A stretch of DNA of 64,000 bases from Promethearchaeota archaeon (GCA_048940925.1 JBHLOC010000003.1:128001-192000), one strand, 5' to 3'; positions 10,673-22,200 are shown, numbered from the stretch's first letter. Numbers and translations: made by a program. Notes: generated by a model from the sequence alone, not told the origin.

Positions 10673-11095
10673 GTGATACCTGTGGAAAAAATAATACAAG
10701 ATATTTGGATACTAAGTGATGCTGGCACTGTATTATATCACCGCGCTTCTGATAAGAAAGTAGATGATCAATTAATAGGGGCACTAATATCTGCATTGAA
10801 TCTGTTAGCAGAAGAATTAGAGCGCGGAGGTTTGTCTAGCTTCGAGTTACAAGATAAAAGATATATTATAATGAAACAGCATGGATTATCATTTATTGTA
10901 AATACTTCAAAAAAGGTTAAGGAAAAAAAGGTTAAAGAAGAGATGAGAAGTATCGTTAACAGATTCTTTGATATATATCCAAAAGAGATTTTTGAAAATT
11001 GGGATAATGATATAAGTATCTTTACTGACTTTGAAAAGCGTTTTGAAGATAATTTACAGGAAACTATAAAAAAATTTGAAAACGCCTTTTGGTGA
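10673..11095 (+). CDS. Longin/roadblock-like domain protein
   Basis: IWILSDAGTVLY...DDQLIGALISALNLLAEEL...LSSFEL pattern typical of Asgard longin-like proteins. Confidence 0.7.
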   Translation: MIPVEKIIQDIWILSDAGTVLYHRASDKKVDDQLIGALISALNLLAEELERGGLSSFELQDKRYIIMKQHGLSFIVNTSKKVKEKKVKEEMRSIVNRFFDIYPKEIFENWDNDISIFTDFEKRFEDNLQETIKKFENAFW

Positions 11096-11100
11096 TAAAT

Positions 11101-11850
11101 TTAAAACCATACATCGAGGGTCATATTTCTTAAAGGAACTTTCTTCTTTGGTTCACATGGTTTCCATTTTAATAATCGCTTTTCGGGCAAATAAGGATGC
11201 TGAACAAGCGTATATTCGACACATCGCTCGTCATCTTTTATCATTACTAACACACTTCCAAAATGGGAAAGGATTTTTCCACCTTTAGGTCTGAAATGCG
11301 AATATTCGTTTAAAGGTGCCGTTATAATAATTAGTGGGTTTGTTTTCCAAAGTATTTTTTTTATTCCATCTATTGCTCTTAGCAGGTCTTCAAAGGTCTG
11401 TTTTTCATAATTTTCAAATAAGGTAGTAATTCCAGAGATTAAGACTACTTTAATATCCTCTAGTTTGGAAAGTTTGTTTTCTAAAAGCTCAACCATTTGA
11501 TCCCAAGTAAAGGCTCTAGCAATTAGAATGTTCTCTAATACTTTTGTGGGTGATAAATTTTGTGAAACTGCAAATTTACTTATATTATAAGGATTAAATC
11601 GATTATTTGCATCAATGAAGGCAACTCTGACACCATCCCCGAACCCTCCATTACTAAAGGACTTTTGAACAATAACAGAAGTTGTAATTAAAATATTAGT
11701 GGATACCTTCTTATCTCCATAGAGTAAATACACTAAATCCCGGTGATAGCCCCCAGAAAGCAATTCATCTAGAGTCTTATCTCCACTTGAAATGAGTCGG
11801 AAATGATTATTCTTCTTGTAGACCTTAAATCCTGAATTAAACGACATCAT
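11101..11850 (-). CDS. RadA/Rad51-like paralogue, predicted inactive ATPase
   Basis: SSGDKTLDELLSGG, AFIDANNRFNP and ILIARAFTWDQ. Walker A replaced by LYGDKKVS and Walker B by VLISG. Start re-set to ATG 11850. C-terminal NMTLDVWF. Confidence 0.8.
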   Translation of the reverse strand: MMSFNSGFKVYKKNNHFRLISSGDKTLDELLSGGYHRDLVYLLYGDKKVSTNILITTSVIVQKSFSNGGFGDGVRVAFIDANNRFNPYNISKFAVSQNLSPTKVLENILIARAFTWDQMVELLENKLSKLEDIKVVLISGITTLFENYEKQTFEDLLRAIDGIKKILWKTNPLIIITAPLNEYSHFRPKGGKILSHFGSVLVMIKDDERCVEYTLVQHPYLPEKRLLKWKPCEPKKKVPLRNMTLDVWF

Positions 11851-11882
11851 ATGAAGTAACAATTCTTCAAAATAAAACAGAG

Positions 11883-11902
11883 ATACACCGACAATTTTCT
11901 GA
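11883..11902 (-). promoter_or_regulatory. Putative regulator box upstream of the RadA-like gene (sense TCAGAAAATTGTCGGTGTAT)
   Basis: Matches 3165..3184 at identical spacing. TATA-like TTTTATTT at 11870..11877. Confidence 0.6.
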
Positions 11903-12331
11903 AATACGTGCATTTTGTCTATAGTTTAGAAATTCTATTTCCTTCTTTAATAAAAAATGTTCTTTTAAAAGTAATATGTTTCTATAGGGATAGAGAGGGG
12001 AGAGTAAAAGTAAAAATGAATTATGTGTAATTCTAAATCAATCAGAAGTGTCCGACAAAATCCGAAAGACTTTTTTGTGTTAAATATAGTTTTTTTAATC
12101 TTTTATCTATCTGAATTAAATTAAATAATAAGTCATATAAGATAATGTATTATCAATTTTGAAAGTTTTAAAGTAAAAAAAATTAAAGTATTAAAATGTC
12201 ATATAAAGATAGATTTTAGAAGTAAAATTGGAACCCAAACATAAAGGGTTACATATCGAGAATTGGATAAACTTTCATATGAATTCGCTAATATGTTGAT
12301 TACACAATTCTTTATCTAATTATACAAGCAA

Positions 12332-12712
12332 TTATAACTTCCCATTTAATCTCATTGCAAAATTTTTGAGAAAAGTTAATATTTTGGGTGGATTTGCTTG
12401 GGGCATTGCATATGATAGAAGAACATCTCCTTGAAAAGGAACGAATATAATATGTCCCATTCCATGATCATTGGTTCCGATAATTCCCTCAGTAGTAGTC
12501 TTAACTACCGGAAATTCTACATCGTTTAGAACAAAAGAGCGGTCTCCTTTAATAACATTTAATATATTATTTATTTGATAAGTCAGATCCCAATTGGCTG
12601 TCTGAGATATCAGCTTTCCTGTATCAGATACAACTGCTAAGCTAGCAATTTTAATGTTATTCTCAAAGGCAGCAATTCCCAAATCGTCGATAAAATTTTT
12701 TATATCAGCCAT
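12332..12712 (-). CDS. Asgard (Loki-type) profilin homologue
   Basis: LAVVSDTGKLISQTANWDL...IIGTNDHGMGHII..P matches the QTxNW / IGTNxxGxGH pattern of Loki profilins. Confidence 0.8.
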   Translation of the reverse strand: MADIKNFIDDLGIAAFENNIKIASLAVVSDTGKLISQTANWDLTYQINNILNVIKGDRSFVLNDVEFPVVKTTTEGIIGTNDHGMGHIIFVPFQGDVLLSYAMPQANPPKILTFLKNFAMRLNGKL

Positions 12713-12791
12713 ATTAAATATTTATTAGGCATACTGTTTTTAAATATTATTTTTACTATTTAGCTTTAAATTTAATAAGTAGAATATAGTA

Positions 12792-13262
12792 TTATTCTTT
12801 TTTGCTTAATTTAATGATTATAATATTTGAACTTTTTATTAACTCATCTTTTACCAAATTTTCCATGTTATATCCTTCCCTGTAAATTAATCGTTTAATT
12901 TTCGCATTTATAATTAGTTTTAGACAGCTCATACATGGGAAGGTTGTTGTATATAAGGAAGTGTTCCCTTCTATCGCAGTTCCATGGAGTGCTGCTTGTA
13001 TTATACAATTAATTTCAGCATGAACCCCTCTACATAATTCTGGTTTTTCACCGGGTTTAAGATGCTTTCGAACGCATATTTCTGATGTACAATGTGGTAT
13101 TCCTGAAGGTGCGCCATTATATCCTGTTGATAAAATATGATCATCTTTAACAAGAACCGCCCCAACTTTTCTTTTTATGCAAGTTGAACGTAAAGAGGCT
13201 ATATCAGCCATCTTCATGAAATAATTATCTTTTGAAATTCTTTTTACTTCAGATTTATTCAT
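12792..13262 (-). CDS. dCMP deaminase family protein
   Basis: RSTC..RKVGA, TGYNGAP, HAE and PCxxC. Confidence 0.9.
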   Translation of the reverse strand: MNKSEVKRISKDNYFMKMADIASLRSTCIKRKVGAVLVKDDHILSTGYNGAPSGIPHCTSEICVRKHLKPGEKPELCRGVHAEINCIIQAALHGTAIEGNTSLYTTTFPCMSCLKLIINAKIKRLIYREGYNMENLVKDELIKSSNIIIIKLSKKE

Positions 13263-13304
13263 TTCTTATAATACCTTTAAAATTAAACACAATAAACAAG
13301 AGTA

Positions 13305-14081
13305 TTACAAATTTCTGCTGATTTTTTCCTCAACAATAGAGACTACCCTTGGAAATATTTCGCCGATTATTTCATGAATTACAACTTCCGCCATCGAATC
13401 TACATCAGTTTCTTGAATGTTAATAATAGCTAATTTTGCACCTATTGCTAATGCTTTCTGAGGATACCATGCTACTGGATATACGACTAAACTACTTCCC
13501 AAAACGATTAATAAATCACAATCAGCAATCATCTTATCTGCTGCTGCTAATACTTCCGATTCTAAAGGTTCACCAAAAAAAATTGCATTTGGTTTCAACA
13601 TTCCATTACATACTTCACACATAGGAACTTTTCCTTGCAAAGCTTGATTGACCATAGTTGTTATTGGAAAGATTCTTCGGCATTGCAAGCATTTTGCTTC
13701 CATAACATTGCCATGAAATTCAACAATATTCTCTGTTTTAGCTTTATGATGTAATCTATCAATATTTTGAGTAAGAATCCCTTTTAATTTACCAAGTTTT
13801 TGAAGTCTAGTTAGAGCCTTATGAGCCTTGTTTGGTCGTGCACGAAAAATTGCTTTCCCCGTTTCTAACATAAATTCTAAATTCTTCGCAGGATGTGCTA
13901 TATAGGAATTAATTGAAGCAAATTCATATGGATCAACCTTTTCCCATAATCCTGTGCCAGGACTTCTAAAATCAGCAATACCACTCTCGGTAGACATTCC
14001 TGCACCTGTTAATACTACAATATTTTTAGATTCGAGAATTAAATTTGCTAATCTTTCAATTTTTTCCTCTATCTTACTCAT
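13305..14081 (-). CDS. cobB: NAD-dependent protein deacylase (sirtuin)
   Basis: TGAGMSTESGIADFR, TQNID.LH, HG, two CxxC and GSSL.VYP. Confidence 0.92.
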   Translation of the reverse strand: MSKIEEKIERLANLILESKNIVVLTGAGMSTESGIADFRSPGTGLWEKVDPYEFASINSYIAHPAKNLEFMLETGKAIFRARPNKAHKALTRLQKLGKLKGILTQNIDRLHHKAKTENIVEFHGNVMEAKCLQCRRIFPITTMVNQALQGKVPMCEVCNGMLKPNAIFFGEPLESEVLAAADKMIADCDLLIVLGSSLVVYPVAWYPQKALAIGAKLAIINIQETDVDSMAEVVIHEIIGEIFPRVVSIVEEKISRNL

Positions 14082-14273
14082 TTATATAATACTCCAAAAA
14101 TGTAAATCAGACAAAATATTAATAGGGATTATTTTTATTTATTGAATATAATATAATATTATACATTAAAATAACGATAATTAAGAAAAAGTGTCGCTTT
14201 AATTAGTGTATCAATATTGATTTCCATTAATTAAATTCCAATATTCTCTTTATTGAGAATGGTGTAAGAGTAA

Positions 14274-14822
14274 ATGGCTGCTACAAGAAGTTTCATTTAT
14301 AAGGTTTGTGTCGTTGGAGATGGCGGAGTAGGGAAAACTTCAATGGTTCTTAGATATTGTGAAAACAGTTTTAAAGAAAATTATATTATGACAATTGGAT
14401 CTAACTTTTCGACAAAGCAGGTTGAACTTGAGGAGTATCCTAATTTCATTGTAAAGCTTCAGTTATGGGATCTCGCAGGACAGAAGCATTTCAGCTTTGT
14501 GCGGCCACCTTTTTATCGTGGTGCTGGAGGAATCGTGTATGTCTTCGACTTAACCAGAAGGAGTTCATTTCAAAATATATTAGAATGGCAAACTGAAGTA
14601 GAAAAAGTTATTGGTAATGGTAAGCCAAGTATTTTGGTTGGAAATAAAATTGATTTAGCGGAACAAGGAAATCGAGAAGTTGGAGAGGGCGATGGAGAAG
14701 CCCTCATGAGTGAAATAAACGCATTTGGATATTATGAAACGAGTGCGAAAGAAAATATTCTGGTTGAGCCTGTATTTAAAGATATTACGTTAGCTATTCT
14801 TAAGAACACTCAAAAGATTTAA
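14274..14822 (+). CDS. Rab-like small GTPase
   Basis: G1 GDGGVGKT, G2 TIG, G3 WDLAGQ, G4 NKID, G5 SAK. No C-terminal prenylation Cys. Confidence 0.93.
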   Translation: MAATRSFIYKVCVVGDGGVGKTSMVLRYCENSFKENYIMTIGSNFSTKQVELEEYPNFIVKLQLWDLAGQKHFSFVRPPFYRGAGGIVYVFDLTRRSSFQNILEWQTEVEKVIGNGKPSILVGNKIDLAEQGNREVGEGDGEALMSEINAFGYYETSAKENILVEPVFKDITLAILKNTQKI

Positions 14823-14948
14823 ATTTTAATTTGCTTTAAATTTTCAATTTTTTATTTGATATAAACAATAAATTAAAATTACTTAAATTATTTTAAAATA
14901 CTAAATTCAATCTAATATCAAATAAAGAATAAAAAAGGTAAGATTTGT

Positions 14949-15665
14949 ATGTTTGGAGCTGCAGGTAGAGCATATGATCGAGCACTAACTGTGTTTAGTC
15001 CAGAGGGACGCCTATTTCAAGTTGAATATGCATTAGAAGCTGTAAGACGAGGAACACTTGCAGTAGCGGTTAAATCAAATGAAGATGTATGTTTAGCTGC
15101 TCAAATTAAAATTGCTTCAGTATTAATGGATCCTGATTCAATAGATAAAATTTTTCAAATAGATGAACATATAGGAGTAGCAATTTCAGGATTGCATGCA
15201 GACTCACGAGCTTTAATTAATTATGCTAGAGTACAAGCACAATCATTTAGATTAACATATGATGAACCAGTCCGATTAAATATGCTAACAAAATCAATAG
15301 CTGATTTGAAGCAGCAATATACTCAGTTTGGTGGGGTGAGACCATGGGGATGTGCGCTTTTTTTCATCGGAATAGATGCTCTTGGGCCACATATTTATAC
15401 AACCTCGCCAAGTGGAATATATCGTTCATTCAAAGCATATGCTTTAGGAAGTGGTGAAGCAAAAGCTAGAGAATTCCTTACTGATAATTATAAGGAAAAT
15501 TTAGCATTTGAAGAGTTAGTTTTGTTAACCATAAGAGCTCTCAAAGAGTCGATTGATGAAGAGGCAACTAAAGATAATATTCGTCTCGCATGGGTGAAAG
15601 GCGAGGATAAAAAGTTTTATATGTGCTCAAAGAACGAAGTAGATGGTTTCTTACAAAAATTATAA
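14949..15665 (+). CDS. psmA: Proteasome subunit alpha
   Basis: YDRALTVFSPEGRLFQVEYA and YTQFGGVRPWG. Confidence 0.95.
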   Translation: MFGAAGRAYDRALTVFSPEGRLFQVEYALEAVRRGTLAVAVKSNEDVCLAAQIKIASVLMDPDSIDKIFQIDEHIGVAISGLHADSRALINYARVQAQSFRLTYDEPVRLNMLTKSIADLKQQYTQFGGVRPWGCALFFIGIDALGPHIYTTSPSGIYRSFKAYALGSGEAKAREFLTDNYKENLAFEELVLLTIRALKESIDEEATKDNIRLAWVKGEDKKFYMCSKNEVDGFLQKL

Positions 15666-15775
15666 TATTTCTCTTTTTTAACATTAGTATAAAAGATTTT
15701 ATTATCTGAATTTATATCTAGATAGTAATATAAAATCACAATTTTTTTGTAATTTTAATCCCTTGGAGAGTAGAA

Positions 15776-16171
15776 ATGGCTAAAAAGAAGAAGATTAGAG
15801 AGGAATTTCAAGCGATTTTCAAGAAAGGTGATGAAAAAGCAATAAAAAAAATGTTAGACAAAAATCCATGGTTACTAGATGAAATGTCAAACACTATGGA
15901 TGCGGGGATGGTGGAACAGAATCAAGTTATCGCAGCATTAGGTGTTATGGAAGATGAACTTGGTGGACCAGTACCAATCGATGAGATTGTATTCAGTTTA
16001 AGGGTTGATTTTAACATTCGTAAAGGAGATACTGAAGTTCATGAGATTTTGAAGAGTGTAGAGAATTTAAATCTAGTGAAACGAGAAGCTAATGGGTGGT
16101 CTCTGACGAGTGAGGGAGGAAAAATTTGCGATGATTATCTTAATCGAAGTTTAGGAAAGTTAGAACTATAA
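15776..16171 (+). CDS. Hypothetical protein with winged-helix-like C-terminus
   Basis: VHEILKSVENLNLV...GWSLTSEG wing pattern; SD GGAGAG upstream. Confidence 0.65.
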   Translation: MAKKKKIREEFQAIFKKGDEKAIKKMLDKNPWLLDEMSNTMDAGMVEQNQVIAALGVMEDELGGPVPIDEIVFSLRVDFNIRKGDTEVHEILKSVENLNLVKREANGWSLTSEGGKICDDYLNRSLGKLEL

Positions 16172-16284
16172 TCAAATAAATTTTTATTATTAATTAATGA
16201 ATTCTAGTTATAGTAGAAAACAGTATTTATTTTGAACTAAGATTATTATTGGATAATTTTATTCTTAATTTTTCTTAAAAATAG

Positions 16285-19200
16285 ATGAATGTTATGGATG
16301 AGCAAAAAGAAGGAGAATTTAAGGAAGATATTGATGAGGATGGATTTGATCCAACTAAAGAAGCTTTCTTTTCAGATTTGATGGAAATGGAAGAAGATAT
16401 TGCTTCTGAGGCCTATGAACTAGTGGAACATGCTATGGGGCTAATACAATCACAATATTATGATGATGCTATAGAAGTTTTACGACAAGCAATTGGTATG
16501 TATACTCAGATAAATAGAGAAGAGGAAATTAAAGCTATTAATAACAAAATTTCTGAGATTTATCTTCTTAAAGAAAAAATATTTAGAGAAAGCGAAATTA
16601 CAACTGAAGTTAAAAGTGAAAAATTGGAGGAGGAGATAGGGGAAGGCGAAGTAAGAATTGTTGAAACTGAAGAAATTGTTAAGGAAAAAGAAGAAGAGGA
16701 TTTCATTGAAACAATAAATAGTCTATTAAAAAGGGCTAAAGAATTAATAGATGAGGATAAATTCGAAGAAGCTCTTGATAATTATGACGAAATAATTGGA
16801 ATTTATGAAGATTTAGGAAAATCTGATGAAATAGAAAAAGTTTATGTATTAATTGAAGAAGTTTATAATAAAAAGGCTGATTATTTACGTAGTATTAAAA
16901 AGGAACCTTCTAAAATTGAAATTGAGTTTGAAAGTGAGGAAGAAATTCTACCAAGAGAAGAAGAACTTAAGGAAGAAAAACTACAGCAATATTTTGATTC
17001 TAAAAAACGGGAAGAAGAAATCTCATCAAGGGCATATGAATTATTGGGAATAGCAGCTGAGCATGCAAAAAGTTATCAATATGATCAAGCGTTGCAATTA
17101 TATATAGAAGGAGCTAATCTCTTCAAGCAGTTAAATTGGACCTATGAGGTTAAAAAAGTCGAAGATACAATAGATCTACTACATCAGCAAAAAACTAACC
17201 ATTTAAAGGAACTTGAAAGACAGGAAATAAAGAAAAAAGAAGAAATTGAGACTCAAAGTCAACAGGTTGAAAAAATCAAAGTAGATGTAAAAGATAAAGA
17301 GGAGGAAGAGAGAATTGCAAAATTAGAGAAATTAAAAGGAATAGAATTTCAAAAGATGGAAAATGAGTATTTTAAAGCACAAGTTGATAATATGGCTACG
17401 GAAGCTGCTCGTATGGGGCGTGAATACGAATTAGCTATGCAGAAGGCTATAAAAAAAGGAAAGATGATTGAAGAATGTATTTATCCAAAAGTTATTGAGA
17501 TTTATAAAAGAATTAAAGAGTTATTAGTTGATAAAGGATGGAGAAATGAAGCAAAAATTTATGATGAGACTATTGATATTTATATCCAAAAATTTGAACA
17601 AGACAAAAAAATAAGACAAATTGAAGCCGAAAAAGTAAAAAAACAAAAAGAAGCTGAAGAAATGTTAAGAGTTCCTAGAGAAGAACATATTCCTACATTG
17701 AGTGAAGAAAAAGTAAGAGTATTGGAAGAACAACGTAGAAAAGAAAGCGAGATTAGAAGTATCAAGGAAAATCTGGATGAGATGACTAATCGTGCTGAAA
17801 AGATAGCGAGAGAATATGAAGTTGCTTTAAGGAAAGGAAGATTTGAATTAAAATGCCCTTTTCCAGAAATTATAAACATTTATAAAAAGGCAAGACAGAT
17901 CGCACTGGAAAGAGGGTGGGAGACAGATGCGGCGATATTTTTAAGTCAAATTCAATCATACAACGAAAAGTTACAAAAAGACAAGAAATTAAGGCAAATA
18001 GAAATAGATAAAAGAAAAAAAGAAGTAGAACTTGAAGAGATATCAAAAGTAAAAAAAGAAGAAAAAATAAAATTAGACAAAACGAAATTAGAAAGAATTG
18101 AAGAAGAGAAAAGATTAAAAGAAGAAGAAGGAGAATTTAATGAATTAATCAATAAAATGATTAATAAAGCTAAAAAATTGGCTAGAGAATATGATCTAGC
18201 TATGAAAAAAGCAATAAGGGAAGGATCGTTAGCAGAAAATCCCCCTTTTGAAGAGATTATTAAGATTTATGAAAGAGTAAAACAGATGGTCTTATCAAAA
18301 GGAAGAAATGAGGAAGCAGCTATTTATGCTAATCAAATTCTTTTATTTTCTGAAAAGTTAAAAAAAGATTTAAAATTAAGAGAAGTTGAGGCCCAAAAAG
18401 CTGAGAGACAAAGAAAAATTGAGGAAATGCATAAAGTCGATCGAAAATCAGAAATTGATGAAGTTAAATTGAAAGCTATTGAAAAGAAAAAAGAAGAAGA
18501 GGAATTTGAAAAAGATATAGCAGATACAGTTAATAAAGCTGAAAAACATGTGCGAGATCATGAAACAGCAATGAGAAAAGCTCTAAGAGAGGGAAGGATA
18601 TTAGAAAAAACACCATACCAAGAAGTGATTGAAATTTATAAAGAATTACGTGATAAAGTATTAGCAAGAGGTTGGGAAGATCAAGCTAGAATATATTCTA
18701 ATCAAATCAAAATATATCAAGATAAGTTAGAGAAACATGAAAAATTACTCGAAGTAGAAACTCAGAAAGCAGAGAGAGAAAAATTATTAGAGGAAATGCA
18801 TAAGGTCGAACGAAAATCAGAAATTGATGAAGTTAAATTGAAAGCTATTGAAAAGAATAAAGAAGAAGAGGAATTTGAAAAACATATAGCAGATATGGTT
18901 AATAAAGCTGAGAAACTTGTGCGAAATCATGAAATTGCAATGAGGAAAGCTCTAAGAGAAGGATTTATAATAGAAGACACACCATATCCAAATGTAATTG
19001 CACTCTATAAACAAATAAATGATGAAATATTAGCAAGAGGATGGGAGGATCAAGCTAGGATTTATTCCAATCAAATCAAACTATATCAAGATAAGTTAAA
19101 GAAACATGAAAATTTACTTGAAGTGGAAGCTCAGAAAGCAGAGAAAGAAAAACAATTAGAGGAAATGCGAAGAGTAGGGCGAAAATCAGAAGTTGATGAA

Positions 19201-22200
19201 AGAAGAATAAAAGCTATAGAAAGAAAAAAAGAAGAAGAGGCATTTGAAAAATCTATCACTGGTTTAATTAATCAAGCTGAAAAATTGGAGAGAGATTTTG
19301 AAAGGGCTATGAAAAAAACTATAAAAAAAGGGGAGATGCTTGAACAAACCCCCTATGTCGAAATTATAGATATTTATAAAGAAATTAAAGAAAAGGTATT
19401 AGAGAAAGGGTGGGGAGATCAAGCTAGTATCTATTCAAATCAAATAAAATTATACCAAGACAAATTAGAGAGACATAAAAAATTATTAGAGGTAGAAGCT
19501 CAGAAAGCAGAAAAAGAAAAACAATTAGAAGAAATGCATAAAGTTGATCGAAAATCAGAAATAGATAAAGGAAGAATAAAAGCAATAGAAATAAAAAAAG
19601 AGGAAGAAGAGGAATTTGAAAAATTTATAACTGACCTAATTAACAAAGCTGAAAAATTAGAAAGAGATTTTGAAAGGACTATGAAAAAAACTATAAAAAA
19701 AGGGGAGATGCTTGAACAAACCCCTTATATTGAAATTATAGATATTTATAAAGAAATTAAAGAAAAGGTATTAGAGAAAGGGTGGGGAGATCAAGCTAGT
19801 ATCTATTCAAATCAAATAAAATTATACAAAGACAAATTAGAGAAACACAAAAAATTATTAGAGGTAGAAGCTCAGAAAGCAGAGAAAGAAAATCAATTAA
19901 AGGAAATACATAAAGTTGATCGCAAATCAGAAGTTGATGAAAGAAGAATAAAAGCAATAGAAAGTAAAAAAGAAGAAGAGGAATTTGAAAAATTTATAAC
20001 TGACCTAATTAACAAAGCTGAAAAACTGGAAAGAGATTTTGAAAGGGCTATGAACAAAGCCATGAAAAAAGGGGAGATATTTGAGCAAACCCCCTATGCT
20101 GAAATTATAGATATTTATAAAGAAATTAAAGAAAATATATTAGCAAAAGGCTGGAGAGAACAATCAGAGATTTATACCAACCAAATCAAACTATATCAAG
20201 ATAAGTTAGAGAAACATGAAAAATTGCTTGAAGTGGAAGCTCAGAAAGCAGAGAGAGAAAAACAATTAGAGGAAATGCAAAGAGTAGAGCGAAAATCAGA
20301 AATAGATCAAGGAAGACTAAAAACTATGGAAAGAAAAAAAGAGGAAGAAGACGAATTTGAGAGAACTATTTCTGATTTAATTAATCAAGCGGAAAAATTG
20401 GAAAGAGATTTTGAAAGGGCTATGAAAAAAGCTATAAAAAAAGGGGAGATGCTTGAACAAACCCCTTATGTTGAAATTATGGATATTTATGAAGAAATTA
20501 AAGAAAAAGTATTAAAGAAAGGGTGGGGGGATCAAGCTAGTATCTATTCTAATCAAATAAAATTCTATCAGGATAAATTAGAAAAACACGAAAAATTGCT
20601 CGAAGTGGAAGCTCAGAAAGCAGAGAAGGAAAAACAATTAGAGGAAATGCATAAAATAGGGAAAAAGGAAGTTAAACCATATAAGCCAGAAAAAATAAAA
20701 GAAATTGAAGAGGGAAATAAGGAAGAAGATATAGTATTAAACCAAGCAATGAATCTTATAGATGAGGCTGAGAAGTTAGTTAAAAATTATGAATTAAGTA
20801 TCAAATCAGATGTTTTATTATACGAAAGTCCTTACAATAAAGCAATTGAAAATTATGAAGAAGCTCAAAAACTACTTAAACAAATTGACTGGAATGAAGA
20901 AGCTATTCGTTTAATCAAAACAATTAAATTTTATAAAGAAAAGAAAGATAAAGATGAAAAATTAAGAGAATTTGAGAAAAAGAAATTAGAGGAACCAGAA
21001 CCAACATTATTAACTGCAAAAGTTGATACTGAAAAAGAATTACTTGCAAGAGAAGAGAAGATTTTAGAATTTGAAAAGAAAAAGAAAGAAGAGGCAAAAG
21101 TAGCAGAAGAAATTTTCAATAAAATCCATAAAGCAGAAAGAATGGCACAAGAATATGAAGTGAAAATTAAGGATGGTGTTTTTGAGCAAGAAGCCCCATA
21201 TGAAGATATTCTTAAAATATATCGGGATGCTAGAAAAGATTTTGAAGAAATTGGTTGGATGGAAGAATCAATGAAACTCATCAATACAATACAATTTTAT
21301 AAAGAAAAGTTGGAAAAAGATAAAAAACTGCGACTCATGGAGATTCAAAAGGAAAAGAAACGAGAAAAAGAAATTTTAATGCAACAAAAATTACTTCAAG
21401 AGGCGAAGGAGGAACAAGAGCGATTTTTAAAACAAAAAGAAGAAGCTCTAATTTTACAAAAGGAAAAAGCAAGCGAATTTGAATCAGCTAAGAATAGTGC
21501 ATTTAATTTAATGGATCTAGCTAAAAATAAATTACAAGAAAACAATTTTGATGAAGCTATTGAACTTTACAAAGCAAGCGGAGAAATATTTTCTGATATA
21601 GGCTGGCAAGAAGGAATTAAAATGGTTAATGATTCAATTATAATGATTAAAAAGAAAAAGGAATCACTTGAGTTTGAAAAGAAATCATTAGAAGAGAGAA
21701 GAATTGAAAAAGTAAAAATTGAAGAAAAATTAGAAGAAAAATTAGCTAAAGCTGAAGAGTTAAGGATATTACAGCAGGAAGAAAAGAGAAAAGAATTATT
21801 GCGAATTCAGAGAGAGAAAGAATGGGAAAGTGAAATTTCAGAAGACGCTTACGAACTTCTAGAACAAGGTACTATTCTGCTAGAAGCTAACAAGTTTGAT
21901 GAAGCTTATGAAAAGTATATTGAAGCAAGAAAATTATTTAATAAAATTTCATGGAAACGAGAAGTCTCTAGGATAAACAATGATTTATTATTTAAACTCA
22001 AGAGAGAAAGGAAAAAATTTGAAATTCTCGAAGATATCAAAGTAAAAAAAGCTGAGGAAGAAATAGAAATGGAGAAATTAAAACAAGAAGCTGATAGGAA
22101 ACGTAGGGAACTTGAGAAAAAGAAAAAAGAAGATAAGCGTAAATTTGTAAAGGAAGAAATTGGGAAAGAGATTAAGAGTAGGTTAAGAAAAGCTGAAAAA

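Noticed and set aside
11851-11913. N-terminal 21 codons of the RadA-like ORF in the track
   Set aside because: They overlap the TATA-like and conserved box; ATG 11850 is the better start.
11981-11994. Mini-hairpin TCTAT-AGGG-ATAGA, similar to TTTTTAT-AGGG-ATAAAAA at 54503..54520
   Set aside because: Short and AT-rich, at different distances from starts; chance cannot be excluded.
12048-12066. TCCGACAAAATCCGA, similar to TCCGACAGAAATC near 23081
   Set aside because: Only a partial match to the polB2/RadA box, with no positional consistency.
18421-20640. Tandem repeats as a CRISPR array or mobile element
   Set aside because: Units are 369-372 bp, in frame and coding; no unique spacers or cas genes.
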